NCBI GenBank assembly: GCA_045613445.1
Contig: JAZLAZ010000007.1
Location: forward strand, 2,696 to 66,695
From: Candidatus Enterousia sp.
GTDB taxonomy: Bacteria > Pseudomonadota > Alphaproteobacteria > Rs-D84
Direction: 5' to 3'
DNA length: 64,000 nt
The notes under the pieces are model-generated. The model was not told where the DNA came from and searched no databases. It saw nothing but the letters and a program-made list of their open reading frames with translations. This document shows positions 62,587 through 64,000 of the stretch, in pieces; within the stretch, counting starts at the first letter, position 1, and each line of letters opens with the position of its first letter. A program made the translations under genes and the position numbers.

Positions 62587-63588
62587 TTAAATCCTTTGTA
62601 CTGTGCCTACTTTCCAGCCTTCGATTGTACGAATTGCATTTGCAACAGATGTCAATTCTGATGCAGTCAAATCAGACATGCGTTTATTGATTGACAATCC
62701 TGTCAACTGTTCAATATGTCTGTGATATCCTGCAGTATTATTTTCAGACGGCGGCGCATATCGACTGATTGCCCCAGCAATGGTCAACTTATTATAACTG
62801 TCGGTGCGTAACAAAGCTTCGATTGCGTACATACCAGTTGCTTCGTCTGGGAACACAGCAAATCCACCCGCCCGACCAATTGCACCGACACGAACTGCAA
62901 AATCAGAATATCTGATATTCCCAGGATTAGAATTACGCCATGCACGCGATCCACCAGAACGTTTTACGCGACTGCCATCTGGCATTGTATACACAACATC
63001 TTTGCCACTTTCAGTTGCAGATACAGACTGTGCATCCGCATATATAACAGGCGACGGTGATGTTGCTGGTAATGCATCCATATCCGCAGGCGTACCAGCA
63101 CCAGATATTGGCGCAACAGAATACGGCAATTCATGCAGTGGCACATCGTGATAATTCACACCAGAATCATATATATCGATTTTTTCATACAAATCATCCG
63201 TTGCATTTTTTAATGTATCCTGACGCATTTGTAACAATTTATTTGTATCTGATATTGATACTTTTATCGTGTTACACCCCATACCGAATAGATCATCACC
63301 ATATATCGTATTCAATATCGGCTTTATTACTGACAATACACCAAATAATAAAATCAAATTTGTCATATTGGAAAAAATATCATTTTTTGCACCACGTATT
63401 TTTGATAACGCCCAACCAAACAATAATATACCTGTTATTCCGGTAAGTATAATCCATGCATAATCGACAAATGTTTCAAAACTGCGCAATATACAAGAAG
63501 GATCTTCCATATAAATAAATTCCGCATCCGCATGCAATCCATGGAATCCGGAATTTTTTAGCAATCTAAGAATCGTTTCTGTATTCAT
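62587..63588 (-). CDS. hypothetical membrane protein with C-terminal NPGNIR...YAPPSENNT domain
   Basis: TM segments in the N-terminal half. C-terminal WRNSNPGNIRY..FAVFPDEATG..AISRYAPPSENNTAGY pattern, which I associate (from memory) with phage/virion-associated proteins. Confidence 0.5.
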   Translation of the reverse strand: MNTETILRLLKNSGFHGLHADAEFIYMEDPSCILRSFETFVDYAWIILTGITGILLFGWALSKIRGAKNDIFSNMTNLILLFGVLSVIKPILNTIYGDDLFGMGCNTIKVSISDTNKLLQMRQDTLKNATDDLYEKIDIYDSGVNYHDVPLHELPYSVAPISGAGTPADMDALPATSPSPVIYADAQSVSATESGKDVVYTMPDGSRVKRSGGSRAWRNSNPGNIRYSDFAVRVGAIGRAGGFAVFPDEATGMYAIEALLRTDSYNKLTIAGAISRYAPPSENNTAGYHRHIEQLTGLSINKRMSDLTASELTSVANAIRTIEGWKVGTVQRI

Positions 63589-63594
63589 TGCACC

Positions 63595-63960
63595 TTATTT
63601 TTTTGACGCAGCCTGGGTAAAAAATCCAGGTATAGAAAAATCTTCATCATTGGCGGCTATTCCTGCCCAGCCAAACAAATCACCCATTAAACCACTGTCA
63701 TCACGTTTTGCTTTTTTGAATGGTAAAATATTTTTTAATTTACCAATCTTTCCAGATGTTTCTGTCTTTGTAGACAATGGGAATTTATCTTCGTTCTGAA
63801 CAAATTCTGATGCCAATTGCGCCAATGTTGCATCTGTATCTTCTGGGGGTAAAACATCTGTATTTTCTGAGACATTTTCAGAAATCACATCTTGTTCTGG
63901 CACAACATCTTCACGCAATGGTGTCATACTTTCCAGCAATTGTTCTAATGTTTTTTCCAT
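63595..63960 (-). CDS. hypothetical acidic protein; the reading frame stays open to the window edge (possibly partial)
   Basis: ORF listed from the ATG at 63960, but there is no in-frame stop between 63961 and 64000. Confidence 0.45.
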   Translation of the reverse strand: MEKTLEQLLESMTPLREDVVPEQDVISENVSENTDVLPPEDTDATLAQLASEFVQNEDKFPLSTKTETSGKIGKLKNILPFKKAKRDDSGLMGDLFGWAGIAANDEDFSIPGFFTQAASKK

Positions 63961-64000
63961 TGGTGTCTCTGGGGTTGAATCATCAACAATATCTTCGACT

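Overview
AT-rich bacterial chromosomal window. The housekeeping backbone is ackA, recG, frr-uppS-cdsA-rseP-bamA, xer, trpS, birA, priA, miaA, gap, rpmG, rplU-rpmA, lptE-holA, map, radC and five tRNAs. It fits a reduced-genome Gram-negative, probably an alphaproteobacterium-like intracellular or symbiotic lineage; that lineage call is inference only. Four things interrupt the backbone. (1) About 7.3-19.6 kb is a very AT-rich composite island abutting tRNA-His. It carries an HExxH repeat protein, an N6-adenine methyltransferase with a PD-(D/E)xK-like partner, a catalytic-domain-only tyrosine recombinase, a 4-gene secreted/lipoprotein cassette behind a structured terminator-containing leader, an Xis-like HTH, a HUH rolling-circle Rep-like protein, and two tandem large serine recombinases. 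The last recombinase ORF ends inside the tRNA-His 3' end. (2) 25.5-27.9 kb holds an unannotated VirB7-like mini-lipoprotein plus two VirB8-like paralogues directly after bamA. (3) 32.2-45.2 kb is a compact podovirus-type lysis/head/tail/packaging cluster with no integrase or replication module. Its large terminase gene is split exactly in two by a 3.3-kb opposite-strand cassette carrying dnaB, a dual-HTH LexA/CI-like protein and an unknown ORF. The cluster also contains a Lys/Ala 9-aa-repeat histone-H1-like gene and is driven by a near-consensus promoter followed by two tandem terminators. A lone tail-fibre-like gene 30 kb away (1990..2541) has the same leader architecture. (4) 53.8-55.9 kb contains tRNA-Glu and tRNA-Leu integration scars. 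Also seen: a candidate C/U-rich sRNA (46.85-47.04 kb), four small genes absent from the ORF track (rpmG and three mini-lipoproteins), and a stereotyped AAAAATCCCCC-N4-GGGGGATTTTT terminator reused at least 5 times. All protein calls rest on motif recognition by eye and synteny. No database search was run.
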